Positions 1-10,005 of a stretch of 64,000 bases of DNA are shown one piece after another. How positions within the stretch are numbered: position 1 is the stretch's first letter; each line of letters opens with the position of its first letter. The stretch is from an uncultured delta proteobacterium. Lineage in GTDB: Bacteria > Desulfobacterota > Binatia > Binatales > Binataceae. The translations under genes were made by a program, and so were the position numbers. The DNA lies in contig CAWDXY010000004.1 in NCBI GenBank assembly GCA_963806485.1, positions 893,349 to 957,348 on the forward strand, given 5' to 3'. The notes beneath the pieces were generated by a model. The model worked only from the letters and a program-made list of their open reading frames with translations. It did not search any database and was not told the DNA's origin.

Positions 1-12
1 AAACGGGAGAAA

Positions 13-834
13 TTGGCAGCGGTATTGTTTGCCGCCGTGATGGTGCTCGCGCTGGCCGCGTCGGCGGGCGCGGTGGACGGCACAATCGAGATCAACCAGG
101 CGAAGGTACTCGCGGCAGGCGGGTTTCCTTTCTCCGTATCTACGGGCGGAAGCTACCGCCTCACCAGCAACCTCACAGTTTCGAGTGAGAGTTGTACCGG
201 CGGACTTACGACCGGGAACGACATCACCATCGATTTGAACGGATTCTCGATGATCGGGCCAGGCTGCGGCGCCGGAATTAGTGTGGGAAACGGCGTTACG
301 GTGGAAAACGGGACGGTCACCGGATTCTCCATCGGAGTTGAGGTGCAAAACAACGGCATCGTCAGAAACGTACATGCCGATGCGAACGGACAAGGCATCT
401 CTGTCGGGAACAACTCCGTGGTCGAAGGGTGCACGGTAAACAACTCCACCAACCATATCACCGACAGTGTGGGATTGGAGGGCGGCACCGGGAGTACGAT
501 CTCAGGCAATACTGTAAACGGCAACCCGCAATTCGGAATTGAGTGCGCGTCCTGCACCATTTCCGGCAATACTGTGGGCGGCAACGGTATATTCGGCATC
601 ATAGCGACCGGAAGTCAGATCTTCGGCAATGCACTTGTCGGCAATTCCGGCACGGCCATCAATTGCTCGAGCGGATGTCTGATTTCCGGCAATGCCGTTT
701 CCGGCAGCTCTATTGGCATCTCCGCAGAGGGTGATGCAACCACTGGCTACGGGGGGAATGTTCTGAACAATACCACGAACCACTCCGGCGGCACCTCGCT
801 CGGCAACAATCTATGCAGCGGAACCGTTTGTTGA
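13..834 (+). CDS. secreted right-handed parallel beta-helix repeat protein (signal peptide; repeated ISGN/VGGN-type beta-helix rungs); TTG start with GGGAGA RBS, true start may lie upstream of window
   Basis: Hydrophobic N-terminus MAAVLFAAVMVLALAASAGA; periodic G-N-x-V/I motifs (ISGNTVNGN, ISGNTVGGN, ISGNAVSGS) typical of pectate-lyase-like beta-helix. Confidence 0.6.
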   Translation: MAAVLFAAVMVLALAASAGAVDGTIEINQAKVLAAGGFPFSVSTGGSYRLTSNLTVSSESCTGGLTTGNDITIDLNGFSMIGPGCGAGISVGNGVTVENGTVTGFSIGVEVQNNGIVRNVHADANGQGISVGNNSVVEGCTVNNSTNHITDSVGLEGGTGSTISGNTVNGNPQFGIECASCTISGNTVGGNGIFGIIATGSQIFGNALVGNSGTAINCSSGCLISGNAVSGSSIGISAEGDATTGYGGNVLNNTTNHSGGTSLGNNLCSGTVC

Positions 835-852
835 GGATCGCGGAGGTACGAA

Positions 853-2949
853 ATGCGCTCTAACGGAAAAACTCGACAGTTGGCATCCGCGCGCCGCAAG
901 CTCGGCCGGTTTGCCGCAAGTATCCTCGTGATCCTGGTGGCGGCCTTCGGGATAAGCATCGCGCACCACGGGATGCTCTCCGGTCCGGCGTCGGCCATCG
1001 CGTCGGGTCCAACCGCATTGAGCATGATTTGCGTCTCGCCCGACATCACCGTGGCGCTGACCAGCGGAACCGTCACGCCGCAGCAGGCGCAATGCTACTC
1101 GTTTCCATCCGGTAGCGCGGCGACCAGCTTCGCCGGAATCCCGGCGGGGGTGAACGTGACCGGATTTTTGCCTGTGAGTCCGACGCAGATCCTGCTGACG
1201 ATCGACATCACGGCGGCGCTGCCCATCAACGGCACAGGCGGGACCGTAACCGTAACTCCGCACGATGTCGCGTCGTACAACCCGGCCAGCGGCTTTTTCT
1301 CGCCGACGCTCTTCTTCGCGGGCATCAGCAACGGAGTTCCCGACGGGACTAGAATCGATGCGATCGGGAAGGACGGCTCGGGAAATCTACTGCTGTCCTT
1401 CGACGTTACCATCAGCGTGCCCAAGTCCGGAGGCGGAACACTAACCGTCAAGCCGGCCGATTTGGTCTCGTTCAATGGCGCGGCATATACGCTGGTGTTC
1501 GACAGCGCCGCGGCCGGCATCCCGGACGGGATGAACCTCGACGGGGCGACGATGCTGCCCAATGGCGATCTGCTGATGGCATTCGACCTGTTCGGCTCGA
1601 TCGACGGCGTTGATTTCACGCCGGCGGACGTTCTGGAGTTCAATCCTGGGGAGAGCAGTTGGGTGCTGTCATTGAGTGGCGCAGCCGTGGACGATTGGCC
1701 CGATGGCAGCATCTTTCATGGCGTGTACGCACAGGCGGCGGCATCCCCGACCCCGACCGCTACTGCAACGGCGACTGCGACCGCGACGAACACTCCGACT
1801 GCCACCGTGACTCAGACGGCGACCTCAACCGCGACCGCGACCAATACGGCGACCGCAACTGCGACGAACACGGCTACTGCCACAGCGACAGTTACAGCCA
1901 CGCCGACCGCCACCGCATCCGCGACGGCAACAACAACCACGACGGCCACCGCAACGGCCACTGAAACGGCCACGCCGACGGCGACGTCGACTACTTCGAT
2001 GACCGTGACCGCATCGCTTGCGTTCGGCAATGTTGCTGTTGGGCAGACGGTTACGAAGACTCTGACGGTCCATAACACCGGGACGACTCATTCGCTAGTT
2101 ATTTCGGCCGCTACGGTGTCCGACTCTGAATACGTCCTAAGCGGCAGCGGGACATGCGGCGCGATCCCAGTGACGCTCACGCACGGCACATCGTGTACAC
2201 TAGGAGTGGCATTCAGCCCCAACGCAACTGGCGCGCATGGCGCATCGCTTGCGGTCTTCGACAACGCCACCACCGGCCCGCAGCATGTGGCGCTCAGCGG
2301 CACCGGAATCGCGGGCCTGACCACGACGAAAAGCAGCTTGGTGTTTGGTGACGTAAAGTTCGGCCTGAAGGGACTCGAGTCCTTCAGTGTGAGGAATCAT
2401 CAAACCCAGCAAGTCAGCCTCAGCGAAAGCTTCAGCGGGACGAATGCTGCCGACTTCTCCGTTACTGGCGGTACGTGCACCACGACTCTGGCAGCCAGCT
2501 CGTCGTGCTCGATAATCGTGTCGTTCTCGCCGAGCGTGTTGGGAACGGAATCAGCGGCGCTGTCGGTCTCCGACAGTCCCGACCCGCTGCGTCCTTACCC
2601 GGTTTCGCTCACCACTGGGCCGACGATCCCGGTGACCGTAACGCCGACCACGCTGGCGTACGGCACGCTGACCTCCAGAACATCGCCGAAGACCAAGGAC
2701 GTAACGGTAGCGAATCTGTCGGGATCCTCGTTATCGGTGAGCGAGAGTTTCAGCGGGACGAACGCAAGCGACTTCGCGGTGACGGGCGGGACCTGCGGGG
2801 CTTCCGCGCTACCACATTCAGCGTGCACGATAACGGTGACGTTCACACCCACGGTCGGACCAACGCCAGAGAGCGCGAGCATGACGGTGACTATCGGCAG
2901 CGATCCAACCAGCCCACATAACATCAGCCTGACGGGGACTGGGCCGTGA
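853..2949 (+). CDS. secreted/membrane-anchored repeat protein: N-terminal domain, Thr/Ala/Pro-rich linker, tandem choice-of-anchor-D (ASH-like) domains at C-terminus
   Basis: N-terminal TM/signal segment FAASILVILVAAFGISIA; linker TATATATATNTPTAT...; C-terminal units FGNVAVGQTVTKTLTVHNTGTTHSLVIS...SGSGTCG...SCTLGVAFSPNATG repeated 3x, the pattern of choice-of-anchor D domains. Confidence 0.75.
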   Translation: MRSNGKTRQLASARRKLGRFAASILVILVAAFGISIAHHGMLSGPASAIASGPTALSMICVSPDITVALTSGTVTPQQAQCYSFPSGSAATSFAGIPAGVNVTGFLPVSPTQILLTIDITAALPINGTGGTVTVTPHDVASYNPASGFFSPTLFFAGISNGVPDGTRIDAIGKDGSGNLLLSFDVTISVPKSGGGTLTVKPADLVSFNGAAYTLVFDSAAAGIPDGMNLDGATMLPNGDLLMAFDLFGSIDGVDFTPADVLEFNPGESSWVLSLSGAAVDDWPDGSIFHGVYAQAAASPTPTATATATATATNTPTATVTQTATSTATATNTATATATNTATATATVTATPTATASATATTTTTATATATETATPTATSTTSMTVTASLAFGNVAVGQTVTKTLTVHNTGTTHSLVISAATVSDSEYVLSGSGTCGAIPVTLTHGTSCTLGVAFSPNATGAHGASLAVFDNATTGPQHVALSGTGIAGLTTTKSSLVFGDVKFGLKGLESFSVRNHQTQQVSLSESFSGTNAADFSVTGGTCTTTLAASSSCSIIVSFSPSVLGTESAALSVSDSPDPLRPYPVSLTTGPTIPVTVTPTTLAYGTLTSRTSPKTKDVTVANLSGSSLSVSESFSGTNASDFAVTGGTCGASALPHSACTITVTFTPTVGPTPESASMTVTIGSDPTSPHNISLTGTGP
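1741..2002 (+). repeat. low-complexity (ACN/GCN)n tract encoding Thr/Ala/Pro linker
   Basis: acggcgaccgcgacc-type codon repeats visible directly; produces spurious antisense AVAV ORFs. Confidence 0.8.
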
Positions 2950-2982
2950 GCTGGTAGCTAGCGGACAATCTCGATGACGAAA

Positions 2983-3025
2983 CCGCCGGAGCGAATCGAT
3001 CGCTCCGGCGGTTCAATTTCATTTC
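2983..3025 (+). terminator. rho-independent terminator downstream of the 853..2949 gene
   Basis: Perfect 11-bp stem ccgccggagcg / cgctccggcgg with 7-nt loop aatcgat followed by TTCAATTTCATTTC. Confidence 0.6.
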
Positions 3026-3039
3026 GCGACAAAGCCGCA

Positions 3040-3150
3040 TCTGAATCAACAGCCGCGGATCCGATCGCTTTTTGAGTTCTCGTCGCTGAAACGGAGTTCA
3101 ACAAAGCGTCGGCGAGATTGCCAAGGTCCCGATGTTCGCCAATTGTCGGA
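3040..3150 (-). pseudogene. tyrosine integrase C-terminal fragment (remnant), homologous to the 3' end of the integrase at 7047..8285
   Basis: Minus-strand translation ...EHRDLGNLADALLNSVSATRTQKAIGSAAVDSDAAL aligns with integrase C-terminus ...SESDVADRLADHVLNFPSATRTQKPIESVSSAIAS; shared DNA core TGAGTTCTCGTCGC(T/C)GAA at 3073-3092 and 7086-7105. Confidence 0.5.
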
Positions 3151-3362
3151 AATCAAAGCTCAAATCGATAAGGCATCCGACGAACGTTTCGAAATGAACC
3201 GTCGTGTCGGCGGCACCGTCGCTGATTGAGGCTTCAAAACTGTGTGCTCGCCAAGCAAGGTCATCGCGACGAGGGGAGCGTGATGCTCGCCGCCGGGATA
3301 GCTATCGTGCGCCTTCGTGCGCTATCAGAGGGGCAGGGCTATACTTCGCCAGCTGAAACGGT

Positions 3363-6300
3363 TTGGGGGAACGATCCATGCTTTGCGCGAGCTGTGGCTC
3401 CGATAATCCGCAGGCAAACAGATTCTGCCTCGAATGCGGGGCCGCGTTACTGGTCCGCTGTGCCAAGTGCGGCGGCGAAATCCCGCCCCGCGCCAAGTTC
3501 TGTGGAGCATGCGGAGAACCGCTCGAGGCTAAGGTCAAGTCGGCGGGTGCGGCCGAGCCCCCGCATATCGAGGCCAGCGAGCTGATCGAGGGCGAGAGTA
3601 AGATCGTCACGGCGGTCTTCGCCGATATCAGAGGCTCTACCGAACTCTCGGAACACCTCGATCCCGAAGAGGCCGCACGCTGATCGATCCCGCCTTAAAG
3701 CTTATGATCGAGGCCGTCCACCGATACGAGGGCTACGTGGTGCAATCAGCCGGTGACGGCATATTTGCTCTTTTCGGTGCGCCCACCGCCGCCGAAGACT
3801 ATCCCCAGCGCGCACTGTAGGCCGCGCTGGCCATGCAAAATTCCATCAAGGCGTATGCAGCGCGCCTCCGCGCAGAGGGAAGGGTTCCAATAGAACTCCG
3901 CGTTGGAGCACATGCAGGCGAGGTGGTCATGCGGGCGGTAAAGACCGATGAGAATCGCACTGAATACACCGCCATCGGCCATGCGGCGAACCTCGCCGCG
4001 AGAATGCAGCCGCTCGCTCCAATCGGATCGATCGCGGTAACCGAGCATCTGCGTCGCCTCGGTGAAGGCTATTTTCAATTCCGCGCGATGGGAGAGGCAC
4101 ACGTCAAAGGTGTCACCGATCCCGTCAACGTTTACGAGGTTAGCGGCCTCGGTCAGTTACGAACGCGATTGCAAATCGCCGCAGAGCGCGGATTGACGAA
4201 GTTCACCGGCCGACAGGGCGAGATCGAGCAGATTCGCCGGCTCCTGGACCTGGTCAAGTCGGGACGTGGTCAGATCCTCGCCGCGGTCGGCGAACCCGGC
4301 ATCGGCAAATCACGCTTGTTCTTCGAGTTCAAAGCCATCGTGCCGAAAGACGCGATGGTACTTGAGACTGTCGCCGTCTCACATGGCAAGGTATCGGCCT
4401 ATCTGCCGGTGATCGAATTGCTGCGTTCATACTTCGGCATTTCCGACGAAGACGACCGGCACATGCGGAGCGAGAAGATCAACGATAAGATCCTCACGCT
4501 GGACCGCACGCTCGAAGGCACCATACCTTCCCTTCTCAGCCTTCTCGGCCTCGGCGGCGACGAACCACTTGAGCAGACACAAGGAGGGAGCGGTTTGCTC
4601 GATCCTGCAGAACCAGAGACTCGCAAACGGCGGATCGTCGATGCGATCAAACGGATCATACTGCGCGAAAGTCTCAACCAGCCGATGGTCATAATTTTCG
4701 AGGACTTGCACTGGATCGACGGCGAGACACAGAGGTTTCTTGACCTGTTAACCGATTCGATTGGCTCGGCGAAAGTTCTGCTGCTGGTAAATTGTCGCCC
4801 CCAGTACACGCACGGCTGGAGTAACAGAAGCTACTACACGCAGTTGAGGCTCGATCAGTTAGGCGCAGCGACCGCGGACGCGATTCTCTCAACGATGCTG
4901 GGTGAGGGGAGGGACTTGCCACCTCTCAAAGAGCTGATCATCGAGAAGACCGAGGGCAACCCGTTCTTCATAGAAGAGATTGTGCAGAACCTGTTCGCGG
5001 AGGGTGCGCTGGTCAGGAACGGAGTGGTAAAGCTCGCCCGCTCGATGAGCACGATTCAAATTCCTGAAACGGTTCAGGGACTTCTCGCCTCGCGAATCGA
5101 TCGGCTTCCCGCCACCGAGAAAGACCTTCTTCAGACTATGGCGGTCGTTGGCAGACAGTCGCCGCTCGAGCTGCTGAGAAAGGTGACTGGAAAATCCGAC
5201 CCCGAGCTCGAGCAATCGCTCCATGCTTTGCAAATAGCTGAGTTCGTTTACGAGCAGCCCGCCCTGCCGGAGGCGGAGTACATATTCAAACATGCACTGA
5301 CGCAGGAGGTAGCGTACAACTCGGTACTGATCGAACGACGCAAACTGCTTCACGAACGGATCGGGGCAATCATCGAGACGCTCTACGAAAAACAATTGGC
5401 GGACCACGCGGATGAACTTGCGTACCATTATGAGCGAAGCGCGAATAAGGAGAAGGAGATCGACTCCCAGTTTTACGCTGGAACGGTGGCCCTGGAGCGG
5501 TCCGGGTATGCGCAAGCGGTTGCCTACTTGACGAACGCACTGCGACTTCTGGAGAACTCGTCGAGAGACCCCATGGCAAAAGAAGACTGTCGATTTGAGA
5601 TTCTGTGCAATCTCGGGGTTTCGCAATCGCTCAACGGTGACCCAAAGTCAGCGAACCGATCGTATTATGCCGCTGCCGAAATCGCAAAGAAACGTGGTGA
5701 CCCGAAGCGGCTTGTAAAGGCTGCGGTGGCGTTGCAGCATTATCCGATCAGCGGAGAGACGGACGTAGAGGCAGAGGCGACGATCGCTCTCCAGGAGGAG
5801 GCTCTGAACCGAATCGGGAGCGAGGACAGCGTGGACAAAGCGCATGCGATGGGGGCGCTCGCCTTGTCTCTCACGTTGGCGCAAGAACGCGGCCGCGCTC
5901 GAACTCTAGCGAGGGAATCAATAGCGATAGCCCGTCGCGTTGGCGACCGAGACGGTTTGCTGAAGATCCTTCCCTACCCTATCGTTGCATTTAACAACCT
6001 GCGCGATCCTGGTCCAGAAGCCATTCAGGAAAGGATTGCGCTCACGCTGGAGGCGCAGCACTTGGCTGACGACCTCAAAGATGAAGGTGGAGCCCTTGGC
6101 TCAACCCTGGACCTGTTTGACGTGTTTCAGGAACAGGGCGATATGCAGTCAGCGAGTGCGCAGCTCGCGCGCCTTGTGCGACTTGTCGAGTCGTCTGCCA
6201 CTCCGCGAGTAAAATATCCCTTGACTAGAGCGAAGGCGCAGCTGGCATTGATGAGCGGCCGCTTCAACGAAGGCCAGCAGCTGGCTCTCGAAGCCCAAGC

Positions 6301-6997
6301 GCTCGGCCAGCAAGCGCATCTTCTGGGCGCATCTGAGGTGCTGGCGGTTCAAGTTGCAATCACTTACCTGGAAAAGGGGACCTCGGAGATACCTGGAACC
6401 TCGGAGATGCTGGAGAGCGGGTTCAAGGTCTACGTCCAGGCGCACCCGGAGGTAACATTTGCCCGCTGCGTTTTGGCCAATTTGTACGCGGAGTAGGGTC
6501 GCAGAGAGCAAGCGGAGAGCGAGTTCGAATCACTCGCCCGGAACGATTTTCGTGATCTTCCTAGATTGAGAGAATGGCTCCTAGGAATTGCGCTGCTCGC
6601 GCGGGTTTGCGACTTCCTGGGAGATTCAAAGTGCGCTTCGATTTTGTACGAGCTGATAGAGCCCTATAAACGACGTAATGTAGTCGCCTCGTACTTGGGG
6701 GTGAGTCTTGGCTCGGTTGACCTGTATCTCGGTTCGCTCGCGGCTACGATGTCGCGGTTCGAAGAAGCGCGCGCACACTTCGACGCTGCACTGGAATTCA
6801 ACTCAAAAATCGGCGCGTTACCGGCAGTGGCGCGAACTCAGTACGAGTATGCTCGAATGCTGCTGAAGTGTGCGCGCGAGGGCGATCGCGATCACGCTCA
6901 CCAGCTCCTCGCCGCTGCCCACGAGATCGCTGAGCGGCTCGGTATGAAGAAAATCAGCGAGAATGCGCAGGCGTTGCTGTCAGAAGCGCAGAATTGA
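3363..6997 (+). pseudogene. large signalling protein (zinc-ribbon / class III adenylate-guanylate cyclase / AAA+ ATPase / TPR) disrupted by one frameshift (~3660-3683) and two in-frame TAG codons (3827-3829, 6494-6496)
   Basis: 3363 ORF has CxxC..CxxC ribbon then cyclase start TAVFADIRGSTELSE; frame shifts to ...IEAVHRYEGYVVQSAGDGIFALFGAPTAAEDYPQRAL*AALAMQ (cyclase core) continuing into the 3833..6496 AAA-TPR ORF (GEPGIGKS Walker A). After TAG at 6494 the same frame continues GRREQAESEFESLARNDFRDLPRLREWLLGIALL into the 6566..6997 ORF. Confidence 0.55.
3833..6496 (+). CDS. longest intact segment of the above: AAA+ ATPase - TPR signalling protein (may be expressed alone from internal Met)
   Basis: Walker A GEPGIGKSRL, long alpha-helical TPR-like C-terminal region; in frame with upstream cyclase fragment and downstream 6566..6997. 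Confidence 0.5.
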   Translation: MQNSIKAYAARLRAEGRVPIELRVGAHAGEVVMRAVKTDENRTEYTAIGHAANLAARMQPLAPIGSIAVTEHLRRLGEGYFQFRAMGEAHVKGVTDPVNVYEVSGLGQLRTRLQIAAERGLTKFTGRQGEIEQIRRLLDLVKSGRGQILAAVGEPGIGKSRLFFEFKAIVPKDAMVLETVAVSHGKVSAYLPVIELLRSYFGISDEDDRHMRSEKINDKILTLDRTLEGTIPSLLSLLGLGGDEPLEQTQGGSGLLDPAEPETRKRRIVDAIKRIILRESLNQPMVIIFEDLHWIDGETQRFLDLLTDSIGSAKVLLLVNCRPQYTHGWSNRSYYTQLRLDQLGAATADAILSTMLGEGRDLPPLKELIIEKTEGNPFFIEEIVQNLFAEGALVRNGVVKLARSMSTIQIPETVQGLLASRIDRLPATEKDLLQTMAVVGRQSPLELLRKVTGKSDPELEQSLHALQIAEFVYEQPALPEAEYIFKHALTQEVAYNSVLIERRKLLHERIGAIIETLYEKQLADHADELAYHYERSANKEKEIDSQFYAGTVALERSGYAQAVAYLTNALRLLENSSRDPMAKEDCRFEILCNLGVSQSLNGDPKSANRSYYAAAEIAKKRGDPKRLVKAAVALQHYPISGETDVEAEATIALQEEALNRIGSEDSVDKAHAMGALALSLTLAQERGRARTLARESIAIARRVGDRDGLLKILPYPIVAFNNLRDPGPEAIQERIALTLEAQHLADDLKDEGGALGSTLDLFDVFQEQGDMQSASAQLARLVRLVESSATPRVKYPLTRAKAQLALMSGRFNEGQQLALEAQALGQQAHLLGASEVLAVQVAITYLEKGTSEIPGTSEMLESGFKVYVQAHPEVTFARCVLANLYAE

Positions 6998-7046
6998 TTC
7001 TGTGGAGCCGGTGTACAGCAGCAGCCGTCGAACAGCCTGACTCGAA

Positions 7047-8285
7047 CTATGACGCAATTGCGCTAGATACGGACTCGATCGGCTTCTGAGTTCTCGTCGC
7101 CGAAGGAAAATTCAATACATGATCGGCGAGCCTATCTGCGACATCGCTCTCTGAATGCTTCAGGAAATGCGAGTACACAAGAAGCGTGATTGCCGGATTG
7201 GCGTGACCGAGCCGATGCTGCACCTCGGTGATAGGAGCACCACTAGCAATCATGGCCGAAGCGCAACTATGACGAAGGGTATGGAAGGTTACACGGCGTA
7301 ACTTCGCTCGCGAAAGGGCAGGGTAAAATTGGGTCTGGAGCATCTTAGCGCGGGGCATGGGCCTCCCGTCCGCTCCCGGAAATACCAATCCATCCTGCGA
7401 GATCGGACACTGAAGTTTCCAACGCTTGAGCTCCGCGACCAGCAGAGCAGGAATTGAGATCGTTCGGCGGCCTGCTTTGGTTTTCGGTGGAAAGTAGCGC
7501 GGGCGAATTTCCTCGCCCTGCGGCCGCGCCCAGGACAGACTGCGGCGGATCACCATTTTGCCGGAGCCCTCCTTGGGCAGCTCGAGGTCGGTCCAGCGCA
7601 ACGCAAGCAATTCCCCTTCTCTAGCTCCGGTTAAATACGCGGTCTCGAAAAGGGTCCGCTCGAAACCCGGCTTCGCCTCCTGCAACAGAGCTTGAATCTC
7701 TTTCGGGCTCAAGACGCTGTCGGGATCGACGGCGTCTGTACCGGTTCCAAACGTCACATCGTCCGTTTTCAGTTCTCTCGCCGGCTGCACCGCGCGCTCG
7801 ACGCTGTCGACCGGATTCTTGAAGTACTGGCCGCGTTTGATTGCGAGCCGAAACACAGCGCTGACGATCCAGAGAATCCGGTTGATCGTCCGATGCGCGT
7901 ATTGCTCATCGCGCAGCTTGTCTCGAAGCTTCTCCACCGCCTCAACCGTGATCCGATCGAGCTTTTCCTTCCCGAAGACAGGCAGGATCTGTTTGTTAAG
8001 GCGGGTTCGGAAATCGAAGATGTGCGAAGGTCTGCGATCCAGTTTGCTCCTGAACCAATCCTCGGCAACGTCGCCGAAGGTCGGCACTTTTGCGGGCTCG
8101 ACGTAGTCGCCGCGCGAAGCTTTTTGGACGGTCTCGATCTGGAACTGCTCGGGTTGTTTGCGCGTTTTGAAACGGACGCGCCTGCGCGGTCCGAACAGGC
8201 CAAGAGGGCGATAGTCGAGCACCCAGAGGCAGCTACAATCCTTGCCCGAGCAGCTGGCGACGTGGAATTTCCTAATGCTTGCCAT
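7047..8285 (-). CDS. int: tyrosine-type site-specific recombinase / phage integrase
   Basis: C-terminal catalytic region HTLRHSCASAMIASGAPITEVQHRLGHANPAITLLVYSHF (R-H-R-Y family box II signature); N-terminal SAM-like domain. Confidence 0.9.
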   Translation of the reverse strand: MASIRKFHVASCSGKDCSCLWVLDYRPLGLFGPRRRVRFKTRKQPEQFQIETVQKASRGDYVEPAKVPTFGDVAEDWFRSKLDRRPSHIFDFRTRLNKQILPVFGKEKLDRITVEAVEKLRDKLRDEQYAHRTINRILWIVSAVFRLAIKRGQYFKNPVDSVERAVQPARELKTDDVTFGTGTDAVDPDSVLSPKEIQALLQEAKPGFERTLFETAYLTGAREGELLALRWTDLELPKEGSGKMVIRRSLSWARPQGEEIRPRYFPPKTKAGRRTISIPALLVAELKRWKLQCPISQDGLVFPGADGRPMPRAKMLQTQFYPALSRAKLRRVTFHTLRHSCASAMIASGAPITEVQHRLGHANPAITLLVYSHFLKHSESDVADRLADHVLNFPSATRTQKPIESVSSAIAS

Positions 8286-8412
8286 CGCGCATCTTCAGGC
8301 CGACACGACTAGCGTGATGTCGCGACCGACATCCACTCTCCCGGAATGGCAAGAAAATGGCTCATTTACCTTCGCCGGCGTGGGCCTTGAGCAAGCGCAC
8401 GTTCGACGTCGC

Positions 8413-8712
8413 TCAATCTGAAGCGGACGTATTTACCGACCTGACGCTTGGTATTCGACCCAGCCGCTCTTCGGTGCGTACCCAGGACTCGGGCAGATTG
8501 AGATGCCTGGCAAGCTCACCGGCGTTCACGAGGTTCTGCGCGAGATCGGGTTTAGTGGCTTGTTCGTTTGCCTTCGCCGTGGTCTCGGCTAGCCAGCGTG
8601 AAGCCAGGAGAAGTAGAAGACCCGGAATCTGATCGAGCGAGATACGAGCGGCCCATTCAATGAGCACCGGATCGTTCTGCGGAATTGTGTTGCCCTCCGC
8701 CACCGCTACCAA
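8413..8712 (-). CDS. putative excisionase / AlpA-type helix-turn-helix DNA-binding protein
   Basis: Small ORF immediately upstream of int on same strand; HTH-like segment NAGELARHLNLPESWVRTEERLGRIP. Confidence 0.4.
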   Translation of the reverse strand: MVAVAEGNTIPQNDPVLIEWAARISLDQIPGLLLLLASRWLAETTAKANEQATKPDLAQNLVNAGELARHLNLPESWVRTEERLGRIPSVRSVNTSASD

Positions 8713-8736
8713 CCTTCACCGCCAAGAAAAACTTGT

Positions 8737-10005
8737 TCAGCCCGATTCTTCCTCACCCTTCTCCGCAATCACTTCAGCCTTCTTTCCGGTCAGTCTCTCC
8801 CCTCGCGAGATCGCCACGTCGACAAAGCGCGGCTCCAGCTCGATCGCAAAGCAGCGGCGCCCGAGCTGCTCGGCAGCGATGAGTTGCGATCCGCTGCCGC
8901 TGAAAGGTTCGTAACAGAGATCGTCGGGACGGGTGTGCAACTCCATCGGAATCGTAAAGAGCCGGTTCGGCTTCGAGGTAGGATGCTCGCTGCTCTCCAC
9001 CTCGGCGTTCGTGACCTGCCAGACCGTGCCGGGATTGCCATATTTGCGGTCGACCCCGGGCTTCTGACCTTTGATCCAACCGAAGAGGCAGGGCTCGTGC
9101 GCCCACATATAGACTGAGTAAGTTAAAACGGGTCGGCTTTTGAACCAGACGATCTGCTGATGATTGAAAGCCCCGACTTCGTTCCAGACGCCCTCAAGCA
9201 TCGCCTGCCGGGCCGACGCGTGCCAACAATACCAGGCCGCGTTGGGTGCGATCTCGCGTTCGATCGCAACTTTGTAAAAAGCGAGATAGAACGAGCGGCC
9301 GCCATCGCTGCCGCCGTCCTCGTTGTCGAAAGTTGTTTGGCCAGCTTCGTGGTAGACCTTCGACCAGTCCTTGTCGCGGTTGGCTTTGGCCCGGTTCGGG
9401 CGGGTCGCTGGATGCGAGCCGCCAGCGTAGCCGACCGCATACGGCGGATCAGTCGCGAACAGGACCGCCCGCTCATCGCCCATCAAGCGTGAAACGCATT
9501 CCGGTCGCGTGGAATCGCCACACGTGAGCCGATGCTTGCCCAATTGCCAGGTCTGGCCTAAACGCGCCACAGGGCTTGCCGGTGTCGCGGGAATGGCGTC
9601 CTGTGGGGCGTCCTCGCCCAAGGCGAGGCATCTGAGTTCCTTGGGATCGAACGCGGTCAGCTCAGCGAGCGCGCCCAATTCGCTTATCTCCAGCTTGAAT
9701 AATTCATCGTCCCAGCGGGCTTCTTCGCCTGCGCGGTTGTCGGCGATGCGATACGTGCGGCATTGGGCCTCATTTAAATCGGCAGCGACGTGCACCGGGA
9801 CCTCGAGCAAGCCGAGCTTACGTGCTGCGAGCAGTCGGCGATGACCCACCACGATAACGCCGGCGGCATCGACGACGATGGGCTGGCGCCAGCCAAATTC
9901 CTTGATGCTCGCCGCGACCTTGTCGATCGCTGACTGCGGAATCTTGCGCGGGTTCTTCGCGTACGGAAGCGGCCGGTCGATCGGCCAAAGCTCGACTTCC
10001 ATCAT
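8737..10005 (-). CDS. ParB-like nuclease domain fused to DNA N4/N6-methyltransferase (phage-type orphan methylase)
   Basis: N-terminal ParB motif VVGHRRLLAARKLG; methyltransferase motif IV LFATDPPYAVGY and C-terminal SAM motif EPFSGSGSQLIAAEQLGRRCFAIE. Confidence 0.8.
   Translation of the reverse strand: MMEVELWPIDRPLPYAKNPRKIPQSAIDKVAASIKEFGWRQPIVVDAAGVIVVGHRRLLAARKLGLLEVPVHVAADLNEAQCRTYRIADNRAGEEARWDDELFKLEISELGALAELTAFDPKELRCLALGEDAPQDAIPATPASPVARLGQTWQLGKHRLTCGDSTRPECVSRLMGDERAVLFATDPPYAVGYAGGSHPATRPNRAKANRDKDWSKVYHEAGQTTFDNEDGGSDGGRSFYLAFYKVAIEREIAPNAAWYCWHASARQAMLEGVWNEVGAFNHQQIVWFKSRPVLTYSVYMWAHEPCLFGWIKGQKPGVDRKYGNPGTVWQVTNAEVESSEHPTSKPNRLFTIPMELHTRPDDLCYEPFSGSGSQLIAAEQLGRRCFAIELEPRFVDVAISRGERLTGKKAEVIAEKGEEESG

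Noticed and set aside
3827-6496. Possibility that in-frame TAG codons indicate amber codon reassignment or pyrrolysine
   Set aside because: Other long conserved genes (kdpA, kdpB, Kelch, NHL, cyclase) have no in-frame TAG and terminate normally; co-occurring frameshift favours pseudogenisation or sequencing error
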